A stretch of 64,000 bases of DNA from an uncultured Bacteroides sp. (GTDB taxonomy: Bacteria; Bacteroidota; Bacteroidia; Bacteroidales; UBA932): contig UREV01000008.1 of the NCBI GenBank assembly GCA_900546925.1, forward strand, positions 7,965 through 71,964. Direction: 5' to 3'. The notes beneath the pieces are model-generated. The model did not search any database. It was not told the DNA's origin and saw only the letters and a program-made list of their open reading frames with translations. How positions within the stretch are numbered: position 1 is the first letter of the stretch; each line of letters opens with the position of its first letter. Below, in pieces: positions 9,865 through 20,289 of the stretch. The translations under genes and the position numbers were made by a program.

Positions 9865-10794
9865 ATGAAAATTTCAGAGATTTTAAAGAATAGCAAGAAG
9901 GCGTTTCCTTCTATTGAGATCGTGCCGCCGCTTAACGGCATGGATAAGGAAGAATTGTTGAATACCGTGAAGACTTTCATGGAATTCAGTCCAAAATATA
10001 TAAACGTAACTTGTCACAGGGACGAGTTCAGTTTCCGCAAGGAGGACAATGGAACATATACCAAACATCTCGTGAGAAACCGTATCAGTGAGGTGGCGGT
10101 CTGCGCTGCGATCATGTCCAAGTATGAGATCGATGTAGTTCCGCACATCATCTGCGGGGGAGCTTCTGCAGAGGAACTGGAAAGCGATTTATATAATTAT
10201 AAGTTCTTGGGTATCAGTAATGTAATGGCGCTTCGCGGTGACAGTATCTCAGGCGAGAAACGCTTTACTCCTCATCCTCATGGTTATAAGCATGCCAACG
10301 AGTTGGTGTCAGCTATCCGCAAGTTCGACGAGGAGACAGCAGGGGAGTCTTTCTGCATCGGTGTAGGTGGATATCCTGAGAAGCATTTCGAGGCAGCCAA
10401 TATCGAGACCGACATTGAGAATCTGAAGCGTAAGGTGGATGCAGGTGCCGACTATGTGATCACCCAGATGTTTTTCGACAATGAAGTTTTCTACAGGTTT
10501 GAGCGTCAATGCCGTGAGGCAGGGATCAATGTCCCTATCATTCCGGGTCTGAAGCCGTTGTCCACTGCCAAGCAGGTGGAGCTGCTTCCGCAGTCGTTCT
10601 CGCTGGATATCCCTAAGGTCCTGACAGAGAGAATTGCTCATGCCGGCGATGACAAGGATGCTGTATACGAAATCGGCCTCGACTGGTGCATGGAGCAGTG
10701 CAAGGATCTCCTCAAGCATGGCGTCCCTGCTGTCCATTTCTACACTATGGGCAAGACCAAGAACATAACAGCCATCATGAAAGAGTGTTTTTAA
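9865..10794 (+). CDS. metF: 5,10-methylenetetrahydrofolate reductase
   Basis: ALRGD, GYPEKH, KVDAGADYVITQMFFDN, HFYTM; directly downstream of metH. Confidence 0.92.
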   Translation: MKISEILKNSKKAFPSIEIVPPLNGMDKEELLNTVKTFMEFSPKYINVTCHRDEFSFRKEDNGTYTKHLVRNRISEVAVCAAIMSKYEIDVVPHIICGGASAEELESDLYNYKFLGISNVMALRGDSISGEKRFTPHPHGYKHANELVSAIRKFDEETAGESFCIGVGGYPEKHFEAANIETDIENLKRKVDAGADYVITQMFFDNEVFYRFERQCREAGINVPIIPGLKPLSTAKQVELLPQSFSLDIPKVLTERIAHAGDDKDAVYEIGLDWCMEQCKDLLKHGVPAVHFYTMGKTKNITAIMKECF

Positions 10795-10810
10795 CATTCT
10801 TATTTACGCC

Positions 10811-10929
10811 GGCGGTTGGAGGTCCCGGCGGAGACCTTCGCTAGCGCTCATCCCTCCCAGCAGAGCTGGGTCCCTCCCATTTACGGGGTCATGGGTGACC
10901 ACGGGTCTCCGCCGGGACCTCCAACCGCC
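10811..10929 (-). repeat. Palindromic repeat family B, copy 1
   Basis: Perfect 26-bp terminal inverted repeat (10811-10836/10904-10929) enclosing two small hairpins; reverse-complement homologue at 39374-39506. Confidence 0.85.
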
Positions 10930-10957
10930 TCCACCGTAAACATCCAATGTTACGTGA

Positions 10958-11062
10958 GCCGTAGGCAGTCTGGCCTCTGCAGGACTTGCCGCCCTCGGCA
11001 CTAGAGGGAGGGGCCCGCGACAGCGGGAGGGCCTGGTCCTGCAGAGTCAGACTGCCTACGGC
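10958..11062. repeat. Palindromic element C
   Basis: GCCGTAGGCAGTCTG..CTCTGCAGGAC / GTCCTGCAGAG.CAGACTGCCTACGGC arms enclosing two hairpins. Confidence 0.7.
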
Positions 11063-11112
11063 AGCCAAGTCACTTTGCCATATTCCTCGCCGTAAGCGAC
11101 TAATATGTCTGT

Positions 11113-11154
11113 AAAAAAACAAGCCCCCGCGTCGAAAAGACGCAGGGGCTGTTT
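11113..11154 (-). terminator. Intrinsic terminator of the decarboxylase operon
   Basis: AGCCCC-CGCGTC gaaaa GACGC-AGGGGCT hairpin preceded by an A run on the plus strand (U run on minus). Confidence 0.8.
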
Positions 11155-11176
11155 CGATATATGAGGTTTGAAAAAC

Positions 11177-12319
11177 CTATCCGAGGAAACCGAGAAGGAT
11201 ACCGGCAGCGACCGCTGAACCGATCACACCGGCGACATTTGGACCCATCGCATGCATCAGCAAATGATTGCTTGGATCAGCCTCACGTCCCACCACCTCA
11301 GACACACGCGCACTGTCAGGCACCGCAGAAACACCGGCATTGCCGATAAGCGGATTAATCTTGCGACCCTCACGACAGAACAAATTCATAAACTTAACGA
11401 ACAAAACACCGCACATCGTAGCGATAATGAACGAAAGAAGTCCGAGTCCGAAAATCTTGACAGATGTCGTAGACAAAAACTTGTCAGCCTGAGTAGAACA
11501 ACCCACAGTAAGACCGATAAGAGTCGTGATAACATCGATAAGCGGACCACGCGCAGTCTCAGCAAGACGCCTTGTGACACCACTCTCCTTCAAGAGATTA
11601 CCGAAGAACAACATACCCAAAAGCGGAAGACCGGAAGGCACGATGAATGCAGTCGTAAGGAAACCCACGATAGGGAAAATAATCTTCTCACGCTGACTCA
11701 CAACACGCGGAGCAGGCATACGGATAAGCCTCTCCTTCTTAGTCGTAAGCATAAGCATGATAGGCTTCTGAATCACAGGAACCAACGCCATATAAGAATA
11801 CGCCGAAACCGCAATCGCACCCATAAGATCCGGTGCCATCTTCGAAGAAAGGAAAATCGCGGTAGGACCGTCAGCACCACCGATGATACCGATCGCGCCA
11901 GCCTCATTCGGCATAAAGCCCAAGGCCAATGCCAAGAGATAAGCACCGAAAATACCCATCTGAGCCGCAGCTCCGATAAGAATAAGTCTCGGCTGTGAAA
12001 TCAATGCCGAAAAGTCGGTCATCGCTCCGATACCAAGGAAAATCAGTGGGGGATACCATCCCTGTCTGACACCCTGATACAAAATATTCAAGACGGAACC
12101 ATCCTCATAAACTCCGATATTCAGACCGGGGAACATAGGAATGTTACCGATGATCATACCGAAGCCGATAGGGACCAGGAGCAAAGGCTCCCACTCCTTC
12201 TTGATAGCCAGAGTTATAAAGACGATGCCTATGGCGATCATCACCAGATGCTGCCACGTCATGTTGCAGAATCCGGTAAACTCCCAGAACTGTTGCAGGC
12301 TACTGATTATCTGCTCCAT
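11177..12319 (-). CDS. Na+-translocating decarboxylase beta subunit (OadB/MmdB)
   Basis: EPLLLVPIGFG, IGIIGGADGPT, GVSAVP, HAMGPNVAGVIGSA. Confidence 0.95.
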   Translation of the reverse strand: MEQIISSLQQFWEFTGFCNMTWQHLVMIAIGIVFITLAIKKEWEPLLLVPIGFGMIIGNIPMFPGLNIGVYEDGSVLNILYQGVRQGWYPPLIFLGIGAMTDFSALISQPRLILIGAAAQMGIFGAYLLALALGFMPNEAGAIGIIGGADGPTAIFLSSKMAPDLMGAIAVSAYSYMALVPVIQKPIMLMLTTKKERLIRMPAPRVVSQREKIIFPIVGFLTTAFIVPSGLPLLGMLFFGNLLKESGVTRRLAETARGPLIDVITTLIGLTVGCSTQADKFLSTTSVKIFGLGLLSFIIATMCGVLFVKFMNLFCREGRKINPLIGNAGVSAVPDSARVSEVVGREADPSNHLLMHAMGPNVAGVIGSAVAAGILLGFLG

Positions 12320-12323
12320 AAAG

Positions 12324-12764
12324 TTATGCGATGGTTACGATAGAAGCACCCTCGAGAACAGAATCACCCTTGGAAACATGAATCTTGGTAACGACACCAG
12401 CTTTCTCCGCCTGAATCTCGTTCTCCATCTTCATGGCCTCAAGTACAGCAACCTTCTGTCCGGCAGCCACTGTATCACCCTCTTTTACAGACACTTCGAT
12501 GATAACACCAGGAAGCGGTGATGTAACAGCCTTTCCTTCTCCGGCAGGCTTGGCTGCAGGTGCTGGAGCTGCAGCAGCTGCAGGCTGAGGTGCAGGTGCA
12601 GATGCCTGAGGAGCAGCCTGTACAGGAGCTGCAGCAGGCATAGAATTCTCCATTTCTACCTGATAAGAAACACCATTTACGGTTACATCAGCAAGATTTC
12701 CATTTGTGGAATTAATAGCGACATTGTAGTCGTTGCCGTTGATTTTGAATTTATATTGTTTCAT
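12324..12764 (-). CDS. Biotin carboxyl carrier subunit (MmdC-like)
   Basis: Ala/Pro linker and the EAMKM biotinylation motif. Confidence 0.93.
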   Translation of the reverse strand: MKQYKFKINGNDYNVAINSTNGNLADVTVNGVSYQVEMENSMPAAAPVQAAPQASAPAPQPAAAAAPAPAAKPAGEGKAVTSPLPGVIIEVSVKEGDTVAAGQKVAVLEAMKMENEIQAEKAGVVTKIHVSKGDSVLEGASIVTIA

Positions 12765-12796
12765 AACTTTTATATTTTCTATTGATTAATGCCACT

Positions 12797-13738
12797 TTAT
12801 CTTGGCAACTGTCTGAAATTCTGTTCTTTATTGTTCCAACCGCTCTCTTTTCTGCGGATAGTGATCACGAAACTCTCCTGATCGTGTACTGACTCCTCAT
12901 TATATAAGTGGAGAGCAGTGGAAATGGCAGCGTAAACCTCACCATTCATTTCCTGATCGAGAGCCAGAGAAATGGCGGCAGCCACCTCAGGAGTCAATTT
13001 CCCGGAAGCCTTCGCATTGACCTTACCCGCGGCAGCCTCTTTTCCGCCGTTAGGCTTGGATGAGCTGCCGGAGACTTTGCCGAGCAGGCTGAACAGCCAC
13101 CAGAGGATAATCAAAGCGCAGAAAACAACTGATACAGAGACGATTGAGAGAATGAATCCATGCTCGTCCTCGCGTGCCATCTTCTGGGCGCCGGTTTCTG
13201 TTTCATGTGTGCCGTTCACTGTCGCAGGCGAAGGAGCAGCGGGCTCAGCTTCTGTCTCGAACTCCATCTGACGCAAGTCGTGGGCTGATTTTACCACGGA
13301 TTTGCCGGCTGGAAGAGTCGCAGGGACTGCGATGGAATCCACGATTGTGCGTCCGTCGTTGCTGACGAGATAAATCGTAGAACCCCTCTTTATCTGGAAA
13401 TTGACATAGAAAGTTCCGTCATGGCTATCACCGCTGGCGTAGAACAGGGCTACCTGTCGGGGACCGATCTTGGTACGGATATCCGACTTCGTAACAGGAC
13501 TTTTCTTAAGATTGCTGCGGTCGTCTGACAAGAAGCAGCCGCCGTAGTTTACAGTGCCCTGAGACTTGTTGAAAATCTCTATCCATCCTGCTTGCCGGCC
13601 ATAATCATCCAAAATACAACTGCTGTCCGGCTCCGCCATGACCTCTGAAATGATGAGGTCGCTGACGTTCTGGGCACGCATGTCGGAAAAGCCTGCTGCA
13701 AGAACGGCACTAAATAAAATCAGTAATATACGTTTCAT
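12797..13738 (-). CDS. OadG/MmdD-family subunit with N-terminal lamin-tail-like domain
   Basis: Signal peptide, LIISEVM...WIEIFN lamin-tail-like start, single TM, AAIS.AL motif; position within the operon. Confidence 0.75.
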   Translation of the reverse strand: MKRILLILFSAVLAAGFSDMRAQNVSDLIISEVMAEPDSSCILDDYGRQAGWIEIFNKSQGTVNYGGCFLSDDRSNLKKSPVTKSDIRTKIGPRQVALFYASGDSHDGTFYVNFQIKRGSTIYLVSNDGRTIVDSIAVPATLPAGKSVVKSAHDLRQMEFETEAEPAAPSPATVNGTHETETGAQKMAREDEHGFILSIVSVSVVFCALIILWWLFSLLGKVSGSSSKPNGGKEAAAGKVNAKASGKLTPEVAAAISLALDQEMNGEVYAAISTALHLYNEESVHDQESFVITIRRKESGWNNKEQNFRQLPR

Positions 13739-13750
13739 TCCCCGTGCGAT

Positions 13751-15313
13751 TTAGAGAGGAAGATTGTCGTGCTTCTTGGCCGGAATAGTCTGTTTCTTGC
13801 CGGCAAGCTGCTCGAGCGCGCGTATTACACGGAATCTGGTGTTCCTCGGTTCGATAATATCGTCTATATAACCCATTTGGGCTGCCTGATAAGGATTACA
13901 GAAGAGGTCGTTGTACTCAGTCTTCTTCTCCTCAGCCAGTTTAGCCTTCTCCTCCGGATCCTCCACTGCCTTAAGCTCTTTACCATAAAGAATCTGAACA
14001 GCTCCGTCGGCACCCATAACTGCGATGTTGGCAGAAGGCCATGCGTAGTTTATATCTCCACGTATCTGCTTGCAACTCATGACGATATGAGCTCCACCAT
14101 AAGACTTTCTGAGGGTGACTGTAACCTTAGGTACGGTAGCCTCTCCATAAGCATAGAGAAGTTTCGCACCATTGGCGATGATAGCGCCATACTCCTGCTG
14201 TGTTCCGCAAAGGAATCCCGGAACGTCCACGAGTGTGACGATAGGGATGTTGAACGCGTCGCAGAAACGCACGAATCTCGCAGCCTTTCTGGAGGCATTG
14301 ATATCCAACACGCCGGCGAGGAACTTAGGCTGATTGGCCACGATACCCACGCTGCGTCCGTTCATGTGCGCGAAACCTACGATAATATTCTTCGCATAAG
14401 CCTGATGAATCTCGAAGAACTTGCCGTCATCCACGATGCTCTTTATGACATAGTACATGTCGTAAGCTTTGTTCGGGTTATCCGGAATGATCTCATTCAG
14501 GGCATCATCCACGCGGCTTACAGGGTCATTTGTAGGAACGACAGGAGCCTCCTCCATATTGTTCTGCGGAATGTAGCTCAGCAATTCCTTGATGATTCTG
14601 ATACCGTCCTCGTCATTCTCAGCTGCGAAATGAGCCACGCCACTCTTTGTTGCATGTACGCTCGCACCGCCGAGATCCTCTGATGAAACAGTCTCGCCAG
14701 TCACGCTCTTCACGACTGCCGGTCCGGTAAGGAACATGTATGACGTGTTCTTCACCATGACAGTGAAGTCTGTCAATGCAGGTGAGTATACTGCTCCTCC
14801 GGCGCATGGTCCGAATATACCTGAAATCTGAGGAACAACACCTGAAGAGAGGATGTTCCTTTCGAAAATTTCTCCGAATCCTGCCAATGAGTTGATGCCT
14901 TCCTGAATTCTGGCACCGCCTGAGTCGTTAAGTCCGATACATGGTGCACCATTCTTGGTAGCCATGTCCATCACTTTGCAAATCTTCTGTGCCATAGCCT
15001 CTCCGAGGGAGCCTCCTGACACTGTGAAGTCCTGGGCGAATACGTAGACCAGTCTTCCGTCGATTGTACCTTGCCCTGTTACGACACCATCTCCGTCAAA
15101 ATGCTGTTTTTCCATTCCGAAGTTAGTGCAACGATGATGCACGAACATGTCGAATTCCTCGAAGCTTCCTTCATCGAGGAGCAGAGCGATTCTCTCACGC
15201 GCGGTGAGCTTTCCTTTCTGGTGCTGCGCATCGATTCTTTTCTGTCCGCCGCCCATCATGGCTTTGGCTCTGCGCTCTACCAGATTCTTGATATTATCCT
15301 GCTGGATACTCAT
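13751..15313 (-). CDS. Acyl-CoA carboxyltransferase (methylmalonyl-CoA decarboxylase alpha / PccB-like)
   Basis: [45 protein letters not shown]. Confidence 0.93.
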   Translation of the reverse strand: MSIQQDNIKNLVERRAKAMMGGGQKRIDAQHQKGKLTARERIALLLDEGSFEEFDMFVHHRCTNFGMEKQHFDGDGVVTGQGTIDGRLVYVFAQDFTVSGGSLGEAMAQKICKVMDMATKNGAPCIGLNDSGGARIQEGINSLAGFGEIFERNILSSGVVPQISGIFGPCAGGAVYSPALTDFTVMVKNTSYMFLTGPAVVKSVTGETVSSEDLGGASVHATKSGVAHFAAENDEDGIRIIKELLSYIPQNNMEEAPVVPTNDPVSRVDDALNEIIPDNPNKAYDMYYVIKSIVDDGKFFEIHQAYAKNIIVGFAHMNGRSVGIVANQPKFLAGVLDINASRKAARFVRFCDAFNIPIVTLVDVPGFLCGTQQEYGAIIANGAKLLYAYGEATVPKVTVTLRKSYGGAHIVMSCKQIRGDINYAWPSANIAVMGADGAVQILYGKELKAVEDPEEKAKLAEEKKTEYNDLFCNPYQAAQMGYIDDIIEPRNTRFRVIRALEQLAGKKQTIPAKKHDNLPL

Positions 15314-15510
15314 GTATTATTTATATATTAATAAGTGATACCAAATTTATTCAACTTGCAAAGATACTTAAAATTCTGTAAATCGGAAACTTCTCGAGAT
15401 TTGTAATATTTTGTAAATGAAATCGAAACATCTTCTTAGATAGATTGCAATGATTATATAATAGCGTATGCCTATATTTGTGCTCGAAAACTAAGAGAGT
15501 ATATTTTATA

Positions 15511-17754
15511 ATGGAAACAGTGTATCTGGGACTTGTTGTTTTTTTGTTCGTCCTGGCAATTTTCGACCTCATGGTCGGCGTCAGCAATGACGCGGTTAAC
15601 TTTCTGCAATCTGCTATCGGAGCTAAGGTTGCAACATTCCGAACCATCATTATCGTAGCCGCAGTCGGTATCTTTGTCGGCGCTTCCATGAGTAACGGCA
15701 TGATGGAAATCGCAAGAAACGGAATCTATCACCCATCTATGTTCTCCTTCAGGGAGATAATGTTTATCTTATTGGCTGTCATAGCCTCCGACATCGTCCT
15801 GCTGGATATTTTCAACTCCTTGGGACTGCCTACTTCCACTACCGTATCCATGGTATTCGAGCTGCTTGGAGGAACCGTAGCGATATCATTGATGAAAACC
15901 TCGGGCGATCCCGACCTGGCGATCGGCGATCTGATGAACACCAGCAAGGCGTTGACAGTCATCATGGCGATTTTCGTCTCCGTCGCGATAGCGTTCTTTT
16001 TCGGAACCCTCATTCAGTATCTTTCCCGTATCATCTTCACTTTCACATACAAGAATCCTTCGCTGAAGTGGAAAATCGGAATTTTCGGCGGTTTCGCCTT
16101 CACTTCCATCATCTACTTCATGCTGATAAAAGGCCTCGAACATTCATCGTTCATGAGCCCTGAAATGCTGGAATGGATCCACTCGAACACCCTTCTTGTG
16201 TGCGGCTCCTGCTTCGTGATTTCAGGCCTGCTGACGCAGATCCTATATATGTTTAAGGTCAATGTCTTTAAGATCCTCGTTCTTACGGGTACATTCGCAT
16301 TGGCCATGGCCTTCGCCGGCAACGACTTGGTGAACTTCATCGGAGTTCCTTTGGCCGGATATTCCGCATTCCAGGATTATGTGGCCAACGGTGCCGGTGA
16401 CTATTCGGGCTACATGATGTCTTCTCTGGATTCTCCGGCTCATATCCCGGCATATTTCCTTGTCGCAGCCGGAATTGTGATGGTCATAGCGTTGGCTACA
16501 TCCAAAAAGGCCTACAATGTCGTAAAAACTTCCGTAGACCTCGCCCGCCAGGATGCAGGAGACGAGATGTTCGGTTCTTCGAAAATGGCAAGAATCCTCG
16601 TGAGGTTCAGCACCAATGTCGCAAGTTCTATCTCTGCCAATGTCCCTGACCGCGTCAAGGTTTGGGTCAATAAGAGGTTCAATGTCGATGAGTCCGTGCT
16701 TGCCCACGGTGCAGCTTTCGATGAGGTGCGCGCTACAGTTAACCTGGTGGTATCCAGCCTCTTGATAGCGCTTGGAACATCATTGACCTTACCACTTTCT
16801 ACTACTTATGTGACCTTCATGGTGGCGATGGGAACCTCATTGGCCGACAAGGCCTGGGGCAGGGAGAGCGCGGTATTCCGCATCACTGGTGTGATTTCGG
16901 TCATCGGCGGTTGGTTCGTGACGGCGGGATCTGCTTTCGTGCTCTGCTTTATCGTCGCCATGACCATGGCCATCGGAGGTATGCCGGTAGCTGCGCTGCT
17001 TGTGGCCTTGTCTCTCTTCTTGCTGATACGCAGTAATATACGTTATCATAAGAAGCGTCAGGAGGAGAAGGGTGATGTCATTTTCAACGAGATGATCACC
17101 TCTAAGGACAGTGCCCGGACGTTGGAACTTCTTTCTGAGCATATCCTCCAGAGCCAGAGCAAATTCCTTGCGTATGTCAATGATACTTATCAGCAGATTA
17201 CTGACGGATTTGTTTCAGAAGATTTGGGAAAACTGCAGAAAGCTGAAAGCAGTATGCATCGTGAGCGCTTTAACCTCAAACAGTTGCGACGTAAAGAAAT
17301 GCTCGGTCTCAGGCGTATCGACCAGGATGTTGCCATCGAAAAGAGCACATGGTTCCATATCGGGAGAAACAGCTGCGAAGATATGTTGTATAGCTTGCGT
17401 AGAATCTGTGACCCGTGTGAGGAACATATCGATAACAGTTTCGTTCCGCTGAGTATGGACCGTGTGAAAGAATTCATGCCGCTTCGCGATACTATGCTGT
17501 TCTTGTTGAAACGCTCTGAGGCGGTGATCAGTTCACACGATAGGGAAGGCGCCGAAAAGGTAAGGGAGCAATGCGAGACCTTCAAGGAGTGTCTGGCTCA
17601 GACCAGACGCGAGCAGATGGATCGCATGAGGTCCACAAAGGACAATATCACAGTGGCTTATGTTTACCTGAATATCCTTCAGGAGACTCACGAAATGGTA
17701 AGCGCCATGCAGCACCTGCTGCGTGCAGCCAAGCATTTTACACAGCTGTCTTAG
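15511..17754 (+). CDS. Inorganic phosphate transporter (PiT family with C-terminal helical domain)
   Basis: GVSNDAVNF, GLPTSTT, AGNDLVNF, LPLSTT repeats. Confidence 0.88.
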   Translation: METVYLGLVVFLFVLAIFDLMVGVSNDAVNFLQSAIGAKVATFRTIIIVAAVGIFVGASMSNGMMEIARNGIYHPSMFSFREIMFILLAVIASDIVLLDIFNSLGLPTSTTVSMVFELLGGTVAISLMKTSGDPDLAIGDLMNTSKALTVIMAIFVSVAIAFFFGTLIQYLSRIIFTFTYKNPSLKWKIGIFGGFAFTSIIYFMLIKGLEHSSFMSPEMLEWIHSNTLLVCGSCFVISGLLTQILYMFKVNVFKILVLTGTFALAMAFAGNDLVNFIGVPLAGYSAFQDYVANGAGDYSGYMMSSLDSPAHIPAYFLVAAGIVMVIALATSKKAYNVVKTSVDLARQDAGDEMFGSSKMARILVRFSTNVASSISANVPDRVKVWVNKRFNVDESVLAHGAAFDEVRATVNLVVSSLLIALGTSLTLPLSTTYVTFMVAMGTSLADKAWGRESAVFRITGVISVIGGWFVTAGSAFVLCFIVAMTMAIGGMPVAALLVALSLFLLIRSNIRYHKKRQEEKGDVIFNEMITSKDSARTLELLSEHILQSQSKFLAYVNDTYQQITDGFVSEDLGKLQKAESSMHRERFNLKQLRRKEMLGLRRIDQDVAIEKSTWFHIGRNSCEDMLYSLRRICDPCEEHIDNSFVPLSMDRVKEFMPLRDTMLFLLKRSEAVISSHDREGAEKVREQCETFKECLAQTRREQMDRMRSTKDNITVAYVYLNILQETHEMVSAMQHLLRAAKHFTQLS

Positions 17755-17774
17755 CTATCACAGAACGTCTCGTA

Positions 17775-17845
17775 GCCGGGCAGCGGCGGTGCCCGGCGAG
17801 CGAATTACGAAGTACCTGAGCGAGTGGGCACTGACCGCTGCCGGC
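17775..17845 (+). repeat. Palindromic repeat family A, copy 2
   Basis: Core GAGCGAAT-TACGAAGTA-CCTGAGCGAG inside a GC-rich stem. Confidence 0.85.
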
Positions 17846-17926
17846 ATCCATGCCGACTGGTCAGTGCCTACTGCGTAAATCTTGATGAGATTAGTAGCCC
17901 TTTCTGTTTCTGCAGAATGTCGCGTA

Positions 17927-17997
17927 GCCGGGCAGCGGCGGTGCTCAGAGAGCGAATTACGAAGTACCTGAGCGAACGAGCACTGACCGCTGCCGGC
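17927..17997 (+). repeat. Palindromic repeat family A, copy 3
   Basis: Direct copy 152 bp after copy 2; stem GTGCTC/GAGCAC replaces GTGCCC/GGGCAC. Confidence 0.85.
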
Positions 17998-18043
17998 ATC
18001 CCCGCCAGCTTGCCAGGGGAATTTCTGAAATCTCTAATATAAT

Positions 18044-18078
18044 AAGCGGTCGCAAGGCTTACCACCCTGCGACCGCTT
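18044..18078. terminator. Terminator hairpin between the convergent transporter and kinase genes
   Basis: AAGCGGTCGCA...TGCGACCGCTT with A/T-rich flanks. Confidence 0.7.
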
Positions 18079-18095
18079 GATTATGTTCTGATAAA

Positions 18096-19517
18096 CTATT
18101 TGCTGTTAGATTTGGCGAGGGAGAAGACGAACTCCAGGCCACCGGTGCTGGCTGTGCGCACACTGATCCAACCGCCGTGAATAAGCACCGCATTTTTTAC
18201 GATGGCAAGTCCGAGCCCGGTACCGCCAAGCTTTCGTGAACGTCCCTTGTCGACCCTGTAGAACCTCTCGAACAAATGCTCCTGATTCTCCTCCGGAATA
18301 CCTACACCATTATCGGTAAAATTGAACCAATAGAATCCCTCATTCTGCTTGAGATTCTGTACAGTTACTGTAGTGTACTCACCGGCGTAGGCTATCGCAT
18401 TGTCTGTCAGGTTTCTGAAAATAGAATACAAAAGCATCTGGTTTCCGTTGACCACCACATTAGGACCCACCAGATTCAAGAACTTCATACCCCTCTTCTG
18501 CAACTGCAAAGTGACATCCTTGTAAACGCTATCTATAAGATCATGGATATTGATATCCTCCGTAGTAAATGAATCGCAGGACTCATCCAACTTGGTGAGA
18601 AGAGTGATGTCATTGATAAGATTAGTAAGGCGCTGGCACTGAGAGAAACTGCTCTCTAAGAACTGCTTCTTCGTATTCTCATCCATATCCGGATTATCAA
18701 GTATCGTCTCTATATATCCGCTGATACTGCTTACCGGAGTTTTCAGCTCGTGAGCAATATTCTGCGTAAGCTGACGCTTTAATCTGGTCTTGTCGTCCTC
18801 ACTATTATTCAGTTTAGCATAAAGACTTACGATATTCTTGGAAATCTCTCCAAGCTCGTCATCAGCGAACTCGACATCGAAATTAGTCAAGTCATCATTC
18901 TTCTCAGCATGCTCGGCGAAACTGCGCAGGAGCTTGATATTCTTGTTGATGTGACCGATGTAGATGTAATAAAGAATGATGAGCATTATACATATTGCCA
19001 GACCGATCCACAGATAACCCCTGTTTGTGCCCAAAACGTTGGACAGTCTCATATTATATGGATGAGACGTCCTGACTATGAATCCATTTTTAGGGAAAGC
19101 GGTAGCCGAGTAGAACCATTTTCCTCCGATATTGGCAGATTCACGTTTGATGTCATAGCCTTTACCGAGAGAAATGGCGTACCGTATCTCCTTTCGCCCC
19201 AAGTGATTGTCTTTCTTGATGGAGTTGGAAGCCTCGTTGTCGAACAGGACATTTCCTTCGTAGTCCAAAATGGTCGTACGCACCCCATCTCTCAGAAGAC
19301 GTCTTTCGTACCTCAGGAAACTTGTAGTATCCTTGTTGACAAGACGACTCCCCAATTCCTTATTGTAACCCTGCATCTTGGTATTCAACAATTCGACCCT
19401 GTACTCATTTTCTCTTCTATACTGGTAGAAAACAAATACAAGGACGAGAGTGAGGGCTAACGCCGTTACGATAAGGAATAACTTGGAACTGAGAGGCAAA
19501 AATGCCTTTTTCTTCAT
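18096..19517 (-). CDS. Sensor histidine kinase, PhoR-like
   Basis: Two TMs, AHELKTP H-box, DNGVGI, FYRVDKGRSRKLGGTGLGLAIV; neighbours a phosphate transporter. Confidence 0.9.
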   Translation of the reverse strand: MKKKAFLPLSSKLFLIVTALALTLVLVFVFYQYRRENEYRVELLNTKMQGYNKELGSRLVNKDTTSFLRYERRLLRDGVRTTILDYEGNVLFDNEASNSIKKDNHLGRKEIRYAISLGKGYDIKRESANIGGKWFYSATAFPKNGFIVRTSHPYNMRLSNVLGTNRGYLWIGLAICIMLIILYYIYIGHINKNIKLLRSFAEHAEKNDDLTNFDVEFADDELGEISKNIVSLYAKLNNSEDDKTRLKRQLTQNIAHELKTPVSSISGYIETILDNPDMDENTKKQFLESSFSQCQRLTNLINDITLLTKLDESCDSFTTEDINIHDLIDSVYKDVTLQLQKRGMKFLNLVGPNVVVNGNQMLLYSIFRNLTDNAIAYAGEYTTVTVQNLKQNEGFYWFNFTDNGVGIPEENQEHLFERFYRVDKGRSRKLGGTGLGLAIVKNAVLIHGGWISVRTASTGGLEFVFSLAKSNSK

Positions 19518-19544
19518 AGTCTTAAACTATTATTTAAGCTTGTG

Positions 19545-20231
19545 TTATTCTTTATATGTATCGTCGAAACAATATCCGTATCCGTGGCGGGTAATCACGC
19601 AGGTACCATATTTTCCGAGTTTTTTGCGGAGTCTGGTGATATTCACGTCCACTGTTCTTCCGAGAACCACTACCTCGTCAGGCCAAACTTTTGCGAGGAT
19701 ATCTTCGCGTGAAAAAACTGTTCCCGGATGGCTGATGAGAAGATTCAGAATCTCCAATTCTGTCTTGGTGAGATCAATTTCTTCTCCGTCGATAGTGACA
19801 ACTTTCTTCACCATATCCAGCACGAGGTGTTCGAACTGTTTCTGAGTGGCCACGTCTCTGCTGCTTCTTCTGAGCACAGCCTGGACTCTGGTGATAACTT
19901 CTCTAATGGAAAAAGGCTTGGAAATATAGTCGTCGGCTCCAATGTTGAAACCCTTGACCATATCATTTTCAGTGTCTTTTGCGGTTACGAAGATAATTGG
20001 AATGTTGGCCGTCTCGGGTTTTTTGCGGACCTGTTGCGCAAGTTGGAGACCAGAAATCTTGTCCATCATGATATCAAGCAAGAGGAGGTCGAAATTTGCG
20101 ATGCCGATAGCGAGTGCTTCTTCACCCGAATGGGCTACTGTCGTATCGAAACCGGCGTTGTCTAGGTTGAATTTCAGGATATTGCAAATATCTGCCTCAT
20201 CATCTACGACAAGAATTTTTTTCTTTTCCAT
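19545..20231 (-). CDS. OmpR/PhoB-family response regulator
   Basis: LVVDDE, LLDIMM, GADDYISKPF, RTVDVNITRLRKK, GYGY. Confidence 0.92.
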   Translation of the reverse strand: MEKKKILVVDDEADICNILKFNLDNAGFDTTVAHSGEEALAIGIANFDLLLLDIMMDKISGLQLAQQVRKKPETANIPIIFVTAKDTENDMVKGFNIGADDYISKPFSIREVITRVQAVLRRSSRDVATQKQFEHLVLDMVKKVVTIDGEEIDLTKTELEILNLLISHPGTVFSREDILAKVWPDEVVVLGRTVDVNITRLRKKLGKYGTCVITRHGYGYCFDDTYKE

Positions 20232-20289
20232 AACTGTTATAGTTTATTATGTCTACGCAAATATAATTGAAAATACTGTTACATTGTCA

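Noticed and set aside
10804..11122. Short ORFs over the metF-decarboxylase gap and in 38820-39420
   Set aside because: They run across GC-rich palindromes, translate to family-less peptides and are better explained as repeats.
11252..11998. Long antisense ORFs (also 6813-7691, 13769-14683, 29304-30404, 40952-41992, 53802-54719)
   Set aside because: They are shadows of well-supported genes on the opposite strand and have no recognisable motifs.
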